Notes: generated from the letters alone by a model not told the origin. A stretch of 64,000 nt of DNA from an uncultured Candidatus Saccharibacteria bacterium (GCA_964437185.1 CAYTFU010000002.1:41296-105295), one strand, 5' to 3'. Positions 19,982-29,806 are shown, counted from the first letter of the stretch. A program made the numbers and translations.

Positions 19982-20003
19982 CCGCGAGTGGTCGAAACGC
20001 TAG
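19982..20003 (+). repeat. imperfect duplicate of rpsI 3' end (CCGCGAGTGGTCGAAACGCTAG vs CCGCAGTGGTCGAAGCGCTAG at 19877..19897)
   Basis: 20/22 nt identical incl. stop; encodes EWSKR* vs QWSKR*. Confidence 0.6.
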
Positions 20004-20010
20004 TCGTTCG

Positions 20011-20038
20011 TTCCACTTTTAAGAGCGAGTGATATACT
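20011..20038 (+). promoter_or_regulatory. candidate promoter TTCCAC-16-TATACT for grpE-dnaK-dnaJ
   Basis: hexamers with 16-nt spacer 8 nt upstream of grpE ATG; no CIRCE inverted repeat found. Confidence 0.35.
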
Positions 20039-20046
20039 CGTTGTCT

Positions 20047-20592
20047 ATGAGTGACTCCGATCATGTAACCGACGACGTCGACTTCGAGTCAGAGGACGAT
20101 CTTGGCGCCGTCGCTGCACTAAAGGTTAAGATTCGGGCACTTCATCAATCGCTTGAACAGTGCAGAAAGGAGCGCCAAGAATACCTCGATGGCTGGCAGC
20201 GATCCAAAGCAGACGGCATAAATGCGCGTAAAGAAGCGATAGCCTCTGCGGATCGTTTGGCTACGCGATCTAAGGAGACGCTTATCGAAGACATTATCCC
20301 TACTCTCGACGCTTTCGACATGGCGATGAATAACGAATCCTGGAGCAAAATGGACTCGCAGTGGCGCTCCGGTATTGAATTTATACGCAATCAACTCTCC
20401 GACGCACTCACGCGCAACGGAGTTGAGGCGTTTGGGAAGGTTGGAGATCCTCTCGATCACAATCTGCATGAGGTAGTGAGTGAAATCGCCGATGATGAAG
20501 GGGATTCCCAGGCGATCGTCCGCGTCGTACGCAAAGGATACAAGGCGAGTGATCGAATCTTGCGTCCCGCTCATGTCGTTATTAAAAAATAG
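20047..20592 (+). CDS. grpE: nucleotide exchange factor GrpE
   Basis: coiled-coil N-term then GrpE core (IIPTLDAFDMA, VVRKGYK); start moved to ATG 20047 (MSDSDH). Confidence 0.9.
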   Translation: MSDSDHVTDDVDFESEDDLGAVAALKVKIRALHQSLEQCRKERQEYLDGWQRSKADGINARKEAIASADRLATRSKETLIEDIIPTLDAFDMAMNNESWSKMDSQWRSGIEFIRNQLSDALTRNGVEAFGKVGDPLDHNLHEVVSEIADDEGDSQAIVRVVRKGYKASDRILRPAHVVIKK

Positions 20593-20629
20593 CGCCCGCC
20601 CAACTACCAATTTCTCGCGCAAGCCAGAC

Positions 20630-20657
20630 TTGCACCGAGGCGGGAAAAAAATATAAT
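20630..20657 (+). promoter_or_regulatory. candidate internal promoter TTGCAC-16-TATAAT upstream of dnaK
   Basis: consensus-like hexamers 40 nt upstream of dnaK ATG. Confidence 0.4.
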
Positions 20658-20697
20658 TCGCTTGAAAAGACCAAAGTTATCAAATAATCTAACCACT

Positions 20698-22548
20698 ATG
20701 TCAAAAATACTTGGAATTGACCTCGGTACGACAAATTCCGCTATCGCGATCGTGAGAAGCGGCGAGCCAGAAATACTCGAAAATGCGGAAGGTGCTCGAA
20801 CCACACCATCGGTCGTCGCGGTATCAAAGACGGGCGAGCGCCTTGTGGGCCTTTTGGCAAAGCGCCAGGGCGTCACCAATCCCAAAAACACGGTCTACCA
20901 AATTAAGCGATTCATCGGACACAACTACGACGAAGCCGCAGCGCAGTCCGACAAGGCGGCTGTACCATTTGAGATTCAAAAATCGGCAAACGGTGGCATT
21001 GAGGTAAAGATGGCTGATAAGTGGCACCGACCAGAAGAGATTTCTGCGATGATACTTCAAAAACTGAAGCAGGACGCGGAGGCGCGCATCGGCGAGACCA
21101 TCACCGAGGCCGTCATCACGGTGCCTGCGTACTTCAATGACTCGCAAAGGCAGGCGACCAAAGACGCGGGCAAAATTGCAGGACTCGACGTGAAGCGCAT
21201 CATCAATGAACCAACCGCGGCAGCACTCGCGTACGGTTTCAACAAAAAGAAGAATGAAAAGATCGTCGTGTTTGACTTTGGAGGCGGTACGTTTGATATC
21301 TCGGTCCTTGAGGTAGGCGACGACGTGATCGAGGTACGATCTACCGACGGCGACGCGCACCTCGGCGGCAAGGACATTGATCAGAAGATCATGAACTGGA
21401 TAGCCGATGAGTTTAAGAAGCAATCCGGCGTCGACGTGCGCAACGATTCGCTCGCACGCCAGCGGCTCGATGAGGCGGCGGAAAAGGCCAAAATTGAGCT
21501 TTCAACTGCTCTGGAGACAGAGATCAACATCCCGTTCATCACTTCGACAGACGCAGGCCCGCAACACTTGCTGGTGAAAATGACGCGGGCCAAGCTTGAG
21601 GAACTCACAAGCGAATTTTTGGATCGCGCGATGAATATTACGAAGCGTGCCGTGGCTGCGTCGCCGTTCAAAGTAAGCGACATCAACGAAGTCGTGCTCG
21701 TCGGCGGCCAAACCCGCATGCCGGCAATCCAGAAAGCTGTTGAGACATACTTTGGAAAAAAGCCAAACTTAAGTGTCAATCCAGACGAAGTGGTTGCAAT
21801 CGGTGCTGCGATTCAGGGCGGAATCTTGCAGGGCGACGTGAAGGACGTGCTCTTGCTCGACGTGATTCCACTTTCTCTTGGCATTGAAACAATGGGGGGC
21901 ATTGCGACGAAGCTCATTGAGCGCAATACCACCATTCCGACGTCGCGCTCGCAGACATTTTCAACGGCCTCGGACAATCAGCCGTCGGTCGAGATTCACG
22001 TCGTGCAGGGTGAGCGACCGATGGCGGGAGACAATAAATCGCTTGGTCGCTTTAATCTCGACGGCATTCCACCAGCACCGCGCGGCACTCCGCAGGTCGA
22101 AGTATCGTTCGACATCGACGCCAACGGCATACTTTCTGTGAAGGCAAAAGATAAGTCTTCTGGCAAGGAGCAGTCCATTCGTATAGAAGCCACTTCGGGC
22201 CTTTCGGACGCTGAAGTGGAAAAGATGCGCAAGGATGCCGATCTCAATGCGGAGGCGGATAAAAAGAAACACGATGTAGTGGAGGCACAAAATGCAGCAG
22301 ATCAGGTAATGTACGCCGCCGAAAAAGCGCTCAAAGAACACGGCGACAAGGTTGGTGACGACATAAAGAAAAATGTGCAAGAAAAAATAGATGCACTGAA
22401 GGCGGCTCGCGCCGGCACCGATCTCGAGGCGATCAAATCGGCCTCAGACGCGCTCTCGACAGCTATGAGTGCAATCGGAAATGCAATGGCAAAGGCAAAC
22501 CAGACGCCGCCACCGAGCGAGCCAACGCCGCCCGAAGCAGACAAGTAA
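20698..22548 (+). CDS. dnaK: chaperone DnaK (Hsp70)
   Basis: [28 protein letters not shown] motifs; start at ATG 20698. Confidence 0.95.
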   Translation: MSKILGIDLGTTNSAIAIVRSGEPEILENAEGARTTPSVVAVSKTGERLVGLLAKRQGVTNPKNTVYQIKRFIGHNYDEAAAQSDKAAVPFEIQKSANGGIEVKMADKWHRPEEISAMILQKLKQDAEARIGETITEAVITVPAYFNDSQRQATKDAGKIAGLDVKRIINEPTAAALAYGFNKKKNEKIVVFDFGGGTFDISVLEVGDDVIEVRSTDGDAHLGGKDIDQKIMNWIADEFKKQSGVDVRNDSLARQRLDEAAEKAKIELSTALETEINIPFITSTDAGPQHLLVKMTRAKLEELTSEFLDRAMNITKRAVAASPFKVSDINEVVLVGGQTRMPAIQKAVETYFGKKPNLSVNPDEVVAIGAAIQGGILQGDVKDVLLLDVIPLSLGIETMGGIATKLIERNTTIPTSRSQTFSTASDNQPSVEIHVVQGERPMAGDNKSLGRFNLDGIPPAPRGTPQVEVSFDIDANGILSVKAKDKSSGKEQSIRIEATSGLSDAEVEKMRKDADLNAEADKKKHDVVEAQNAADQVMYAAEKALKEHGDKVGDDIKKNVQEKIDALKAARAGTDLEAIKSASDALSTAMSAIGNAMAKANQTPPPSEPTPPEADK

Positions 22549-22625
22549 TCTGGTGTCAATCCAAAGAGCGATCGCACATGCGATCGCTCTTTGCTTTACA
22601 CGTTCTAATCACTATAATGAAAGCG

Positions 22626-23687
22626 ATGAAAGATTATTACGAAATTCTCGGAGTCGCAAAAGGCGCGAGTGAGGAAGAAATCAAGGTTGCATTTCGCAAG
22701 CTTGCGCACAAGTACCACCCCGACAAAAAAGGCGGCAACGAGGCCAAATTCAAAGAGGTGAGCGAGGCGTATTCTGTACTTTCTGATAAAAAGCGACGAG
22801 CGGAGTACGACACCTACGGGAGCGCGCATGCGGGAGGCGGCCACCAAGGTTTCTCCGGATTCGACTTTTCAAATTTCCAAGGCTTCGGACAGGGCGGGGG
22901 TGTCGAATTCGATCTCGGCGATATATTCGGCGAAATGTTTGGCGGGGGCGGCGGCTCGCGAGTACGTCGTGGCCGAGACATTTCTATCGACCTTGAGTTG
23001 TCCTTTCGCGAATCTATCTTCGGAACAGATCGCCGCGTACTTATAGGTAAGGTCGGCGCCTGCGACACCTGCGCCGGAAGCGGCGCGCGCAAGGGCTCGA
23101 AACTTATCACGTGCACCTCGTGCAATGGGAAGGGCGAAATACGCGAGACGAGGAACTCCTTCTTCGGCACATTCGCATCGTCGCGATCCTGTCCAAAATG
23201 CCACGGAAGAGGGCAAATACCGGAAGCGTCGTGCGACGCATGCAGGGGAGAGGGCGTGCGCAAACGACAGGAGGAAGTGCATATCGTCGTACCAGCTGGT
23301 GTCTCTGACGGCGAAATGATACGGATGCCCGCACGGGGCGAGGCGCTCGCGGGCGGCACGGCGGGAGACCTCTACGTAAAGCTTCACGTTAAGACTGATC
23401 CCAAGTTTTCCCGAGAAGGCAACAATCTCGCTACCATACTCTCAATCAAGCTTTCCGACGCGCTCTTAGGCGGTGAATTCCGAGTGACGTCGCTTGATGG
23501 AGAAGAGGCGATCAGTATTGAAAGTGGCGTGGTCCACGGCGATATTCTGCGCATTCGCGGCAAGGGCGTACCGCACGGGCGCGGCACTCGCGGCGATCTG
23601 CTCGTAAAGGTCAACATCCAGTTCCCAAAAAAGCTCTCTCGCCAAGCGCGAGAATTGGTAGAAAAATTACGCACAGAGGGTGTGTAG
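22626..23687 (+). CDS. dnaJ: chaperone DnaJ
   Basis: J-domain KDYYEILGV...HPDK, G/F region, four CxxCxGxG repeats. Confidence 0.9.
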   Translation: MKDYYEILGVAKGASEEEIKVAFRKLAHKYHPDKKGGNEAKFKEVSEAYSVLSDKKRRAEYDTYGSAHAGGGHQGFSGFDFSNFQGFGQGGGVEFDLGDIFGEMFGGGGGSRVRRGRDISIDLELSFRESIFGTDRRVLIGKVGACDTCAGSGARKGSKLITCTSCNGKGEIRETRNSFFGTFASSRSCPKCHGRGQIPEASCDACRGEGVRKRQEEVHIVVPAGVSDGEMIRMPARGEALAGGTAGDLYVKLHVKTDPKFSREGNNLATILSIKLSDALLGGEFRVTSLDGEEAISIESGVVHGDILRIRGKGVPHGRGTRGDLLVKVNIQFPKKLSRQARELVEKLRTEGV

Positions 23688-23727
23688 CAATCAATTGCCG
23701 CTTGCAAAAGCGTAGTAGAATTACCGC

Positions 23728-24216
23728 ATGGACCTCAATGCGTGGTCAAGCGTTCTTTCGTCGTGGCCGCACGACTGGATTCTTATCGGCGGCATCGCAA
23801 TTTTCGTCTCGCTCGACGCGATGCGCTCTGGCTCTGCCCGCGCGGCGTCGATCGCGCTAGCCTTGCCTGCAACTCTTTTTGCCTTCAACGCAATTCCTCA
23901 GGCTTATTTTTTGGGGCCATTGCTCGCTGAATACACCGCACCAATTGTCCACATTGTTTTATTTGTCGTGTTCTTCGCACTCATTTTTTTCACTACATAT
24001 CGTACCGTCTTTGGCGCATCGGATGGGGGGCGGGTCTTACAATCGCTCCTCATCGGCCTCGCGGCCACGGCCGCTATTGTGCTCGTATGGATTCAGGTGC
24101 CAGCTCTTGAATACGCATGGCATTTTGGCGACCAAGTGCAGGCCGTCTTCGCCCCTGCGCTTAGGCTGTGGTGGTATGTCGCAATTTTCACTTCGCTTGC
24201 GTTTGCGCGGAGTTAA
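23728..24216 (+). CDS. hypothetical polytopic membrane protein
   Basis: 4-5 predicted TM helices; C-terminal 19 codons duplicated at 25779..25834. Confidence 0.6.
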   Translation: MDLNAWSSVLSSWPHDWILIGGIAIFVSLDAMRSGSARAASIALALPATLFAFNAIPQAYFLGPLLAEYTAPIVHIVLFVVFFALIFFTTYRTVFGASDGGRVLQSLLIGLAATAAIVLVWIQVPALEYAWHFGDQVQAVFAPALRLWWYVAIFTSLAFARS

Positions 24217-24222
24217 AAGGTA

Positions 24223-24251
24223 TTGGTAAATCCGCGCGAATGTGGCATAAT
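24223..24251 (+). promoter_or_regulatory. promoter TTGGTA-17-(TGg)CATAAT for mntA-hepT
   Basis: extended -10 TGGCATAAT, 8 nt upstream of mntA GTG/ATG. Confidence 0.5.
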
Positions 24252-24259
24252 GCGATCGT

Positions 24260-24667
24260 ATGGTAGCCAATTTTACACTCACAGAAACTCAACGATCGGC
24301 TATTGAAAAGCTTGGCGTTGTCCTTTTGTATCTACATGGCTCGGTGGCTGCTGGCACCGCGCGCGCAAACAGTGATGTAGACATTGCTGTTTTATTTGAA
24401 ACTACGCCGCGGGACTCGATTAGCGCGACGACCGCGGTCACGGAGGCTCTACGCGGATTGGTACCGCAACGTGAGATGGATATCGCCATACTCAATGAAG
24501 CAAATCCGCTGCTGAAACAAATAGTCGCCTCGACCGGCAATCTCCTGTACGCGCGTACAACTGACGACGCATTGAAATTTGAGCTGCGCGCCATGCACGA
24601 TTACGAATATTCTCGCCATGTCGTCCGTCTGGGGCAGGAACTTATTTTGCGCAACGTGAGCGTATGA
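24260..24667 (+). CDS. mntA: minimal nucleotidyltransferase antitoxin (MntA-like)
   Basis: GSVAAGTARANSDVDIAV = GSxxxGxxxxxSDxD NTase motif; 4-nt overlap with hepT. Confidence 0.8.
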   Translation: MVANFTLTETQRSAIEKLGVVLLYLHGSVAAGTARANSDVDIAVLFETTPRDSISATTAVTEALRGLVPQREMDIAILNEANPLLKQIVASTGNLLYARTTDDALKFELRAMHDYEYSRHVVRLGQELILRNVSV

Positions 24668-25095
24668 CCGAATTTTCTCGAGAATTACTCATGGGCAAAT
24701 TGGTGCAGTGCAGCGAGGCACTCACCGATCTGCAGCGATACCGCGAGGTCGGAACTTTGGATTACCTGCGCGACCACCAGGACATATATTACGCTGTATG
24801 TTATCGGTTTATCGGTGGCATCGAAGCCTTATTTGATGCTGGCCAAATAATTCTGGCGAGCCACGGACAGCATGCAGCCGGTGACGGCGACATACCCGTA
24901 CTTCTTGGGCGAAGGAAAATTATATCTGACGAGCTGGCTAGTGCATTCACCAATATGTACGGTTTTCGCAATCGGCTGGTGCACGCCTACGGCACGCTCG
25001 ATGATTCCAAGGTGGCCGAGTACCTTCAGAGGCATCTTGTAGATATCGAGGAGCTTATCAGTGTATTTCGAGACACGGTGACAAGCTCGGAGTGA
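24664..25095 (+). CDS. hepT: HEPN/DUF86 toxin (HepT-like RNase)
   Basis: RNRLVHAY (Rx4-6H HEPN motif) near C-terminus; classic MNT-HEPN pair. Confidence 0.8.
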   Translation: MTEFSRELLMGKLVQCSEALTDLQRYREVGTLDYLRDHQDIYYAVCYRFIGGIEALFDAGQIILASHGQHAAGDGDIPVLLGRRKIISDELASAFTNMYGFRNRLVHAYGTLDDSKVAEYLQRHLVDIEELISVFRDTVTSSE

Positions 25096-25128
25096 AGGCG
25101 AATGAGGATCAGATAGTAAATAGTCATT

Positions 25129-25608
25129 ATGGGGGAGATCGAGATACAGTCCTTGGTGGCTGAGGTCGATCGGGAGGCGGTAGAGTTTTGCCGCGAGATT
25201 TATTCTGAAATGGGATGGCCTGAACATGCCCTAGGTTCAAGCGTCGCGGCACTATTCAGTGAACCTGGTGATGCTTTTGTGACCATCAAGCAGGCCGGAA
25301 AAATTATCGGTACCGGTGGTTTTCTACGACTCTCAAAAGAAGAAGCGGTATTAAAAAGGTTTTACCTCGCAAAACATGTACGCGGTAGTGATCTCGCGCC
25401 GCGATTATTTGCCGATCTCGTAGATAGGGCGCGAGTCATTGGGTACTCCGTGCTCCTTGTGGATGTTTCTTCAACCAACGTACGTGCGATACGATTCTAT
25501 GAGAAGGAGGGTATGAAGGAGTTTTTTGGTGTCTCACCCCACCCGCGCTGGGAAGGATCCTCACCCGAAAGGCAGAAAACTGACCGATATTTTCGCTTAA
25601 AACTCTAA
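25129..25608 (+). CDS. GNAT family N-acetyltransferase
   Basis: acetyl-CoA binding-like region RLFADLVDRARVIGYSVLLVDV...RFYEKEG. Confidence 0.7.
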   Translation: MGEIEIQSLVAEVDREAVEFCREIYSEMGWPEHALGSSVAALFSEPGDAFVTIKQAGKIIGTGGFLRLSKEEAVLKRFYLAKHVRGSDLAPRLFADLVDRARVIGYSVLLVDVSSTNVRAIRFYEKEGMKEFFGVSPHPRWEGSSPERQKTDRYFRLKL

Positions 25609-25856
25609 TTCAACCTGAGGTGATCCATGCTTCATTTTCACATTGTCGCCCGCAAGAGAGCGGAGTAGTTCCGTCAGAGAAACAGAGAATTTACCACAGC
25701 CCTCTCTTGCCTTATCGACAGCAAGGTTTAGAGTACACCCTATGGGTGCGTTTTCATGGAGACTTCTCGAGGACGCACTAAGACGGTGGTGGTATGTCGC
25801 AATCTTCACTTCGCTTGCGTTTGCAAGAAGCTGAGAAAATCAGCGCCTCCATACCT

Positions 25857-25884
25857 TTGCACTGGCTGATTTACGTGTTATAAT
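25857..25884 (+). promoter_or_regulatory. promoter TTGCAC-16-TATAAT upstream of EamA transporter gene
   Basis: consensus hexamers; -10 ends 6 nt before ATG (short leader). Confidence 0.45.
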
Positions 25885-25890
25885 CTGAAT

Positions 25891-26787
25891 ATGCATGCTG
25901 AGCTTATCGTCGCAGTACTCGCAGGAATGGGCGGCATGTTCGGATGGGGATTTTCAGAATTTGGAGCAAAAAAATCCGTTGATGACATAGGAGCAATTTC
26001 CAGCCTCGTGTGGGCGCATGTCTTTGGCACGGTGATTCTTTTTGCGCTGCTTATAGCCCGGTCCTCCTTCACGCATGAATCCGTTTATTTCCCGACAGAT
26101 TCCGGTGTATGGCTGGGTCTTATTTTTTTTGGAGCTCTCCAAGCTGCCGTATATTATTTTGCTTATAAAGGTTTCGGAGAGGGTGAGGTTTCCATTTTGA
26201 GTCCTATTTTTGCATCGTTTGCCGGTCTCGTCGCACTGCTATCTGTCTTGGTATTTGGGGAGATTTTGAGTGTAGGTATGGTGCCCGCTTTAGTAATTAT
26301 TTTTGGGGGCGTGATACTGATGAATCTTGATCTAGGAAGATTCCGAACGGCGGGTGTTCGTATCAAAGCTGTCGCCGGATTGAAAGCAATCCTAGTAGCT
26401 ACGGCACTTGCGACGATTTGGACCTTGGGGTGGAACACATTTTCGGGAACTCAGGACTGGATAGTTTACACGACCTTCATGTTTGTATTTATGACACTTG
26501 CAGCATTTGGTATGGCACGGTTGGCAAAAGTTAATTTAATGGAGGTTAAACCACGAGCATGGAAATTCTTATGGCTCATAGCTGTGGGAGAGGTTGTTGC
26601 GTATTTGGCAATAACGTTGGGTTATGCAAATACCTCGTATACCAGTGTCGTTGCAATATTGAGCGGTGCCTCTTCTTTACCGACCATACTGCTCGCTCGT
26701 ATCTTTCTAAAGGAACAAATGACGAAGACGCAAGCGGTTAGCTGCGTCGTCATCATCGCAGGTATCGTCATCTTGGCTGTATCATAA
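25891..26787 (+). CDS. EamA/DMT superfamily transporter
   Basis: 10 predicted TM helices, two EamA-like halves. Confidence 0.75.
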   Translation: MHAELIVAVLAGMGGMFGWGFSEFGAKKSVDDIGAISSLVWAHVFGTVILFALLIARSSFTHESVYFPTDSGVWLGLIFFGALQAAVYYFAYKGFGEGEVSILSPIFASFAGLVALLSVLVFGEILSVGMVPALVIIFGGVILMNLDLGRFRTAGVRIKAVAGLKAILVATALATIWTLGWNTFSGTQDWIVYTTFMFVFMTLAAFGMARLAKVNLMEVKPRAWKFLWLIAVGEVVAYLAITLGYANTSYTSVVAILSGASSLPTILLARIFLKEQMTKTQAVSCVVIIAGIVILAVS

Positions 26788-26789
26788 AT

Positions 26790-28247
26790 ATGCAGCCAAA
26801 ACACCCAAAATCCCATCTTACGCACGCGCTTAATCACGTGACGCATAAAGCGATTCGCTGGTGCACCCCCTCGATTGATCTGACATTCGCTCAGGTTAAA
26901 AACCCCTATGCGAGCGACACGTCGACATCTTTCGAATCGCTGGGGTATCCTTCTGACCCATCCGGCGTTTTTAAAAAAGTGTACGAGCATGCTGCTAGCG
27001 CATATGGGGCGCAGCACACTCTGTTCTCCGTGAATGGCACTACCGGTAGCAATTTCATGGTTTTGCGAGCTTTAAGCAAACAAATTCCAAATCTTCGGAT
27101 GCTCGCCCAAAGAAATGTGCATAGATCAATTGTCGCGGCATGTGAGGATTATGGAATAAATCTTTTCTTTCTGGAACCCAATATCGATCAAACTCACCAA
27201 CTTTTTCTTCCAAACACGGTAGAGCAAATATGTGAGGGGATTGAGCGGATCAAGCCGCAAGTGCTGCTTCTTACTAATCCTACCTACGAGGGACTTTGTC
27301 TCGACTTGAAACACGTCATTGCGACTGTGCGGGAAAAATCCCAAGAAATGATAATGTACGTCGATGAGGCGTGGGGCGCTCACTTGCATTTTTCCGATAA
27401 GCTGCCCATCTCTGCTATGGATGCCGGAGCGGACATTTGTGTTCAAAGTACTCATAAGCAAGGCGGGTCTCTTCAGCAGTCAGGCATGATTCATTGGAGA
27501 GAAGGGAGAATTAACAACGACCTGCTCGTCGAGTCCTATCGAAGCCTAGGAACCAGTAGTCCGTCCTACTTGCTTCTTGCGTCTTTGGATGCCGCGAGGG
27601 AAACTATGCAAAAAAAGGGCAAGAAAAAGATAGACCACATACTGACAACCGCAAAGCATTTGTCCGACGAGACAAGTAAAATCTCCGGTTTGCATGTGAT
27701 CTCAGTAGACGACCTGACGACAAACTATTCATCAGTGCGCGATAGAGATAATTCAAAAGTAATTGTTGACGTTACCGGTACGGGGTTTAACGGATACGAT
27801 GTGGCAAATATTTTGGACAGTAAGTATAAAATTTTAGTTGAATCGTACAACCTAAAAACGATTCTTTTTCTTGTCCCATTTAGGGCAACGGCCGCTGATG
27901 TCCATACGACGGTAGCGGCCCTTAAAGAAATAGTTCGTAAACCTAAAAAGAACGGCGTCGCGATGGAATACAATTTAATAATCCCGACAAATATTCCTAA
28001 AATTTTGGACTTACATGAAATGACAAAACTGCAGGTCGATCAAATTGAGCGCGTGCCGTTGGACAGGGCTGTCGGACGAATAGCGGCAGAGCATATTACT
28101 CCATTTCCACCAGGTATTCCAATCACTATTAAGGGCGAGGAATTGACGAGGGAAATTATCGAATATTATATTGCATTAAAGGCGTACCCCAATGTCCACA
28201 TAGCGGCGCGCGACAAATCAGTAGAATATGTATGGGTTGTAAAGTAG
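26790..28247 (+). CDS. PLP-dependent Orn/Lys/Arg decarboxylase family protein
   Basis: FSVNGTTGSN and VQSTHKQGGSLQQSGMIH (PLP-lysine STHK motif) of OKR_DC_1 major domain. Confidence 0.75.
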   Translation: MQPKHPKSHLTHALNHVTHKAIRWCTPSIDLTFAQVKNPYASDTSTSFESLGYPSDPSGVFKKVYEHAASAYGAQHTLFSVNGTTGSNFMVLRALSKQIPNLRMLAQRNVHRSIVAACEDYGINLFFLEPNIDQTHQLFLPNTVEQICEGIERIKPQVLLLTNPTYEGLCLDLKHVIATVREKSQEMIMYVDEAWGAHLHFSDKLPISAMDAGADICVQSTHKQGGSLQQSGMIHWREGRINNDLLVESYRSLGTSSPSYLLLASLDAARETMQKKGKKKIDHILTTAKHLSDETSKISGLHVISVDDLTTNYSSVRDRDNSKVIVDVTGTGFNGYDVANILDSKYKILVESYNLKTILFLVPFRATAADVHTTVAALKEIVRKPKKNGVAMEYNLIIPTNIPKILDLHEMTKLQVDQIERVPLDRAVGRIAAEHITPFPPGIPITIKGEELTREIIEYYIALKAYPNVHIAARDKSVEYVWVVK

Positions 28248-28274
28248 CCTTACGTTTTGTTGTATAATGATTGC

Positions 28275-29792
28275 ATGAGGAAATTCAAAACGGTCTTCGA
28301 GCAGTTGCCCACGCCCGTTAGCATCGCCGTTTTGCTCGTCATAATTGTGATTGTTATTACCACCTCGTGGACGCTATACAATCACACGGTCGACATTCTC
28401 ACGCAGAATTTAAGAGACCGTTTGCAGACTATCTCTGTTACCCAAGCGGCCAATGTCGATGCCTCGGATATTGAGGCACTTCAGGTAGAGGAGGATTGGA
28501 AAAAACCAGAGTGGGAACATCTGGTAAGTAAATTGCACAAAGCAAAGTACAGTAATGGTCAAATTGTTTTTATATACATTTTCCGAAAAACCAAGGATGA
28601 CCCGACCAAAATGGAATTCGTTGCAGACGCTGATTCAATTGACCCATATGCAAACATTAACAATAATCCAACCGGAGAAATAGTTTCCGCATCAACATGC
28701 CCTTTGTGCGTTGACTCCAACAGAGATGGAAAAATCGACAGAGAACATGCTGATAGGCTGCAGTGGCCCGGCATGCTGTTCCCCGAAATAGAAGGTGTGC
28801 CGGAAGCTTTTGCGGCATATAACGGCCCGATTACTGTGCCGGATATTTACACGGACGAATACGGCTCAGTTCTTACGGGCTTTGCTCCCATCACAAACGC
28901 AAGCGGGACTGTCGTAGCGATTCTGGGAACCGACATAAAAGCCGACGACTTTCTCACAATCACAAGGCAGACGCTGTATCCGTTTCTTGCGTTTATCGCC
29001 GCGCTGACGCTGATTATCGCCGTTTTGGCGGCATCGCTCATTTATATTTGGTCTCGACGTGCAAACATGTTAGCAAGACTTTCGCGTAGCCTAGAAATAG
29101 CTAATGCCCAGCAGGAAGGCCTTTTGCACTTTATTAGTCATGAGATCAAGGGCTACCTTACCAACAGCGAAGCAGGGTTTGCTTCCATCGCGGAGGGGGA
29201 TTACGGAGAGGTTACCCCTCAATTGAAAACCATGGCCACAAGCGCCCTCGCGAATGTCCGCAGGGGAGTGAGCACGGTGGTCGACATACTTCGTGCGGCG
29301 GATATGAAGCGAGGCACGGTCTCGTACAGAAAAGACCCTGTCGACGTGCGAGCGGTCGTCGAGAATGTTATCAACACACTTCGACCAAACGTCACAGAAA
29401 AAGGCCTAACTCTCGAGACCAACATCGCAGATGGGTCGTACACCACCTCGGGCGATGAGGAGAAACTTCGCAACAACGTCCTCCGCAACCTCATCGACAA
29501 CGCCATCCGATACACGCCGACCGGAACGATTACCATCAGCCTTTCCAACGCTGGCGGTACAATACGTTTTTCGGTAAAGGACAGCGGTGTCGGAATTACT
29601 GAGGAGGATAAGAAGCGATTATTTACTGAGGGTGGGCACGGCAAAGAATCCATAAAAACCAACGTCCATTCCACCGGCTACGGCCTCTTTATCGCAAAGC
29701 AAGTAGTAGACGCCCACGGCGGCAAAATCTGGGCCGAATCGGAAGGGGAGGGCAAAGGCTCCACGTTTGTTGTAGAGCTCCCCACTGCATAG
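28275..29792 (+). CDS. sensor histidine kinase with extracytoplasmic Cache-like domain (no adjacent response regulator)
   Basis: TM-periplasmic domain-TM, H-box HEIKGYLT, N/G boxes DNAIRYTP, DSGVGI, GYGLFIAKQVV. Confidence 0.85.
   Translation: MRKFKTVFEQLPTPVSIAVLLVIIVIVITTSWTLYNHTVDILTQNLRDRLQTISVTQAANVDASDIEALQVEEDWKKPEWEHLVSKLHKAKYSNGQIVFIYIFRKTKDDPTKMEFVADADSIDPYANINNNPTGEIVSASTCPLCVDSNRDGKIDREHADRLQWPGMLFPEIEGVPEAFAAYNGPITVPDIYTDEYGSVLTGFAPITNASGTVVAILGTDIKADDFLTITRQTLYPFLAFIAALTLIIAVLAASLIYIWSRRANMLARLSRSLEIANAQQEGLLHFISHEIKGYLTNSEAGFASIAEGDYGEVTPQLKTMATSALANVRRGVSTVVDILRAADMKRGTVSYRKDPVDVRAVVENVINTLRPNVTEKGLTLETNIADGSYTTSGDEEKLRNNVLRNLIDNAIRYTPTGTITISLSNAGGTIRFSVKDSGVGITEEDKKRLFTEGGHGKESIKTNVHSTGYGLFIAKQVVDAHGGKIWAESEGEGKGSTFVVELPTA
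29722..29792 (+). repeat. HK 3'-end copy 1 (direct repeat with 30095..30165)
   Basis: first 44 nt identical to copy 2, remainder differs mostly at codon third positions. Confidence 0.7.
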
Positions 29793-29806
29793 TAGAATGC
29801 GTTGGT

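Larger units (their letters stand above)
24161..25834 (+). mobile_element. putative integrated cassette (mntA-hepT-GNAT) bracketed by ~55-nt imperfect direct repeats derived from the 3' end of the membrane-protein gene
   Basis: 24161..24216 vs 25779..25834: 40-nt core identical with 1 mismatch; flanks differ almost only at synonymous sites including TAA vs TGA stop. Confidence 0.45.

Noticed and set aside
20005-20046. CIRCE (TTAGCACTC-N9-GAGTGCTAA) heat-shock operator upstream of grpE
   Set aside because: Looked for it by eye; only a sigma70-like TTCCAC-16-TATACT is present, with no inverted-repeat operator.
25609-25778. 170-nt non-coding stretch between GNAT and the downstream direct repeat as a possible pseudogene of the membrane protein
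   Set aside because: Translation in all frames upstream of the ALR... homology point shows no similarity to the membrane protein; homology begins abruptly at the repeat, so it is cassette-borne spacer rather than a decayed gene copy.
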